Positions 59,693 to 60,621 of a stretch of DNA of 60,621 bases are shown here, in pieces. Source of the DNA: Candidatus Muproteobacteria bacterium RBG_16_65_34 (GTDB lineage Bacteria; Pseudomonadota; Gammaproteobacteria; Acidiferrobacterales; Sulfurifustaceae); contig MFSU01000076.1 of NCBI GenBank assembly GCA_001785115.1, positions 1 through 60,621 of the forward strand, read 5' to 3'. Position 1 is the stretch's first letter; every line of letters begins with the position of its first letter. The notes beneath the pieces were generated by a model, which had not been told where the DNA came from, made no database searches, and worked only from the letters and a program-made list of their open reading frames with translations. A program made the position numbers and the translations under genes.

Positions 59693-60621
59693 ATGTGCGG
59701 CATATTCGGACTGATCGAAACTCCCTGGCGTGGCAGCGCGACGGCGGCCCTCGATACCCTGCGCGCGCGCGGCCCCGACGAGTGCAAGCTGCTGGATTTG
59801 GGGGAGGCGATATTGGGCCACACCCGGCTGGCCGTCATCGATCTCGCGGGCGGACATCAACCGATGCGCTCACCCGACGGGCGCTACGCCATCGTCTTCA
59901 ACGGCGAGATCTACAATTACCGCGCGCTGCGAGTCGAGCTCGAGGCCGTGGGGTATGTCTTCGTCACCCATTCCGACACCGAGGTGCTGCTGCACGGATT
60001 CGCCGAATGGGGCGAGCGGCTGACGCCGCGTCTGGACGGCATGTTCGCGTTCGTCGTCTGGGATGCCCGCGAGCGCGTTTTGTTCGCGGCGCGCGACCGC
60101 ATGGGCATCAAGCCGTTCTTCTATTCCATCGCGTCGGGTTTCGCCTTCGCCTCTACGCTCGCGCCGTTTCTGAGCCTCACGGGGTTCCCCCGCGGTCTCG
60201 ACTACGAGGCCTTGCGCGATTACCTCGCGTTCCAGACGCCGCTCGCGCCCCATTCCTTCTTGGCCGCGGTCCGGCAGCTCCCGCCCGCCTCGCAGCTCAC
60301 CTGGGCGGCCCGGAGCGGCCGGCTCGACGTGCGCCGCTACTGGAGCATCCCTTCGCCCACCGGACCCGCACCGGATCGCGAGGAGTTGCTGGCCACCGTG
60401 GATACGGCGCTCGCCGACAGCGTGCGGCGCCAACTCGTGGCGGACGTGCCGCTCGGCGCGTTTCTCTCGGGAGGCATCGACTCGAGCCTCATGGTCCACT
60501 ACATGGCCCAGGCCGGTGCCCGCCCGCTCAAGACCTTCAGCCTGCGCTTTGCCGAGCAGGGCTTCGACGAGACGCCCCATGCCCGCGCGGTCGCGGAGCG
60601 TTTCGGCACCGAACACCATGT
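59693..60621 (+). CDS. Glutamine-hydrolysing asparagine synthase-like amidotransferase (partial, runs off the right edge)
   Basis: Absent from the ORF track because it has no stop. My translation reads MCGIFGLIE...HTRLAVIDL...FNGEIYNY...HSDTEVLLH...FLSGGIDSS. Confidence 0.85.
   Translation, partial: MCGIFGLIETPWRGSATAALDTLRARGPDECKLLDLGEAILGHTRLAVIDLAGGHQPMRSPDGRYAIVFNGEIYNYRALRVELEAVGYVFVTHSDTEVLLHGFAEWGERLTPRLDGMFAFVVWDARERVLFAARDRMGIKPFFYSIASGFAFASTLAPFLSLTGFPRGLDYEALRDYLAFQTPLAPHSFLAAVRQLPPASQLTWAARSGRLDVRRYWSIPSPTGPAPDREELLATVDTALADSVRRQLVADVPLGAFLSGGIDSSLMVHYMAQAGARPLKTFSLRFAEQGFDETPHARAVAERFGTEHH

Overview
This 60.6-kb window looks like a high-GC gammaproteobacterial chromosome segment. 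Its gene order resembles Pseudomonas: rhlB-trxA-rho, purE-purD-purH-fis-dusB-prmA-accCB-aroQ-dsbD-cutA-groESL, and glnE-ilvE-waaF. Three blocks are visibly richer in AT and look like accessory DNA.

(1) Positions 1-3426 hold a minus-strand array of integron-type gene cassettes separated by attC-like sites. No integrase lies on the expected side (CALIN-like). The cassettes carry a PIN-domain protein, a multi-pass membrane protein, a Shedu-like DUF4263 nuclease and an SH3-like protein.

(2) Positions 14.1-19.6 kb hold an MNT/HEPN toxin-antitoxin pair and a 5'-truncated RHS protein whose C-terminal domain resembles prokaryotic phospholipase A2, followed by a small membrane protein that may be its immunity factor. 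The same block has an IS4-family element lying between 140-bp direct repeats and a vestigial Y1-transposase (RAYT-like) start codon region enclosed by perfect 25-bp inverted repeats.

(3) Positions 50.7-54.1 kb lie inside a large LPS-core cluster. The cluster has three GT9 and three GT4 glycosyltransferases, three clear methyltransferases plus one more tentative one, a frameshifted sulfotransferase and an AsnB-like amidotransferase.

The most unusual signal is outside the genes. About 20 intergenic spacers in the core regions are built from tandem arrays of degenerate 7-10 nt units. Most are paired with an inverted array to form long stem-loops that could pair in several registers. There are more than 12 unit types, and some recur at several loci, including one identical 36-mer.

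Other observations: a perfect CIRCE operator upstream of groES, a DsbD with two tandem N-terminal domains, and three apparent 1-nt frameshifts (M48/LysM peptidase, SNase-like gene, sulfotransferase). No tRNA, rRNA or CRISPR array was seen. All calls come from reading the sequence and ORF track only; no searches were run.
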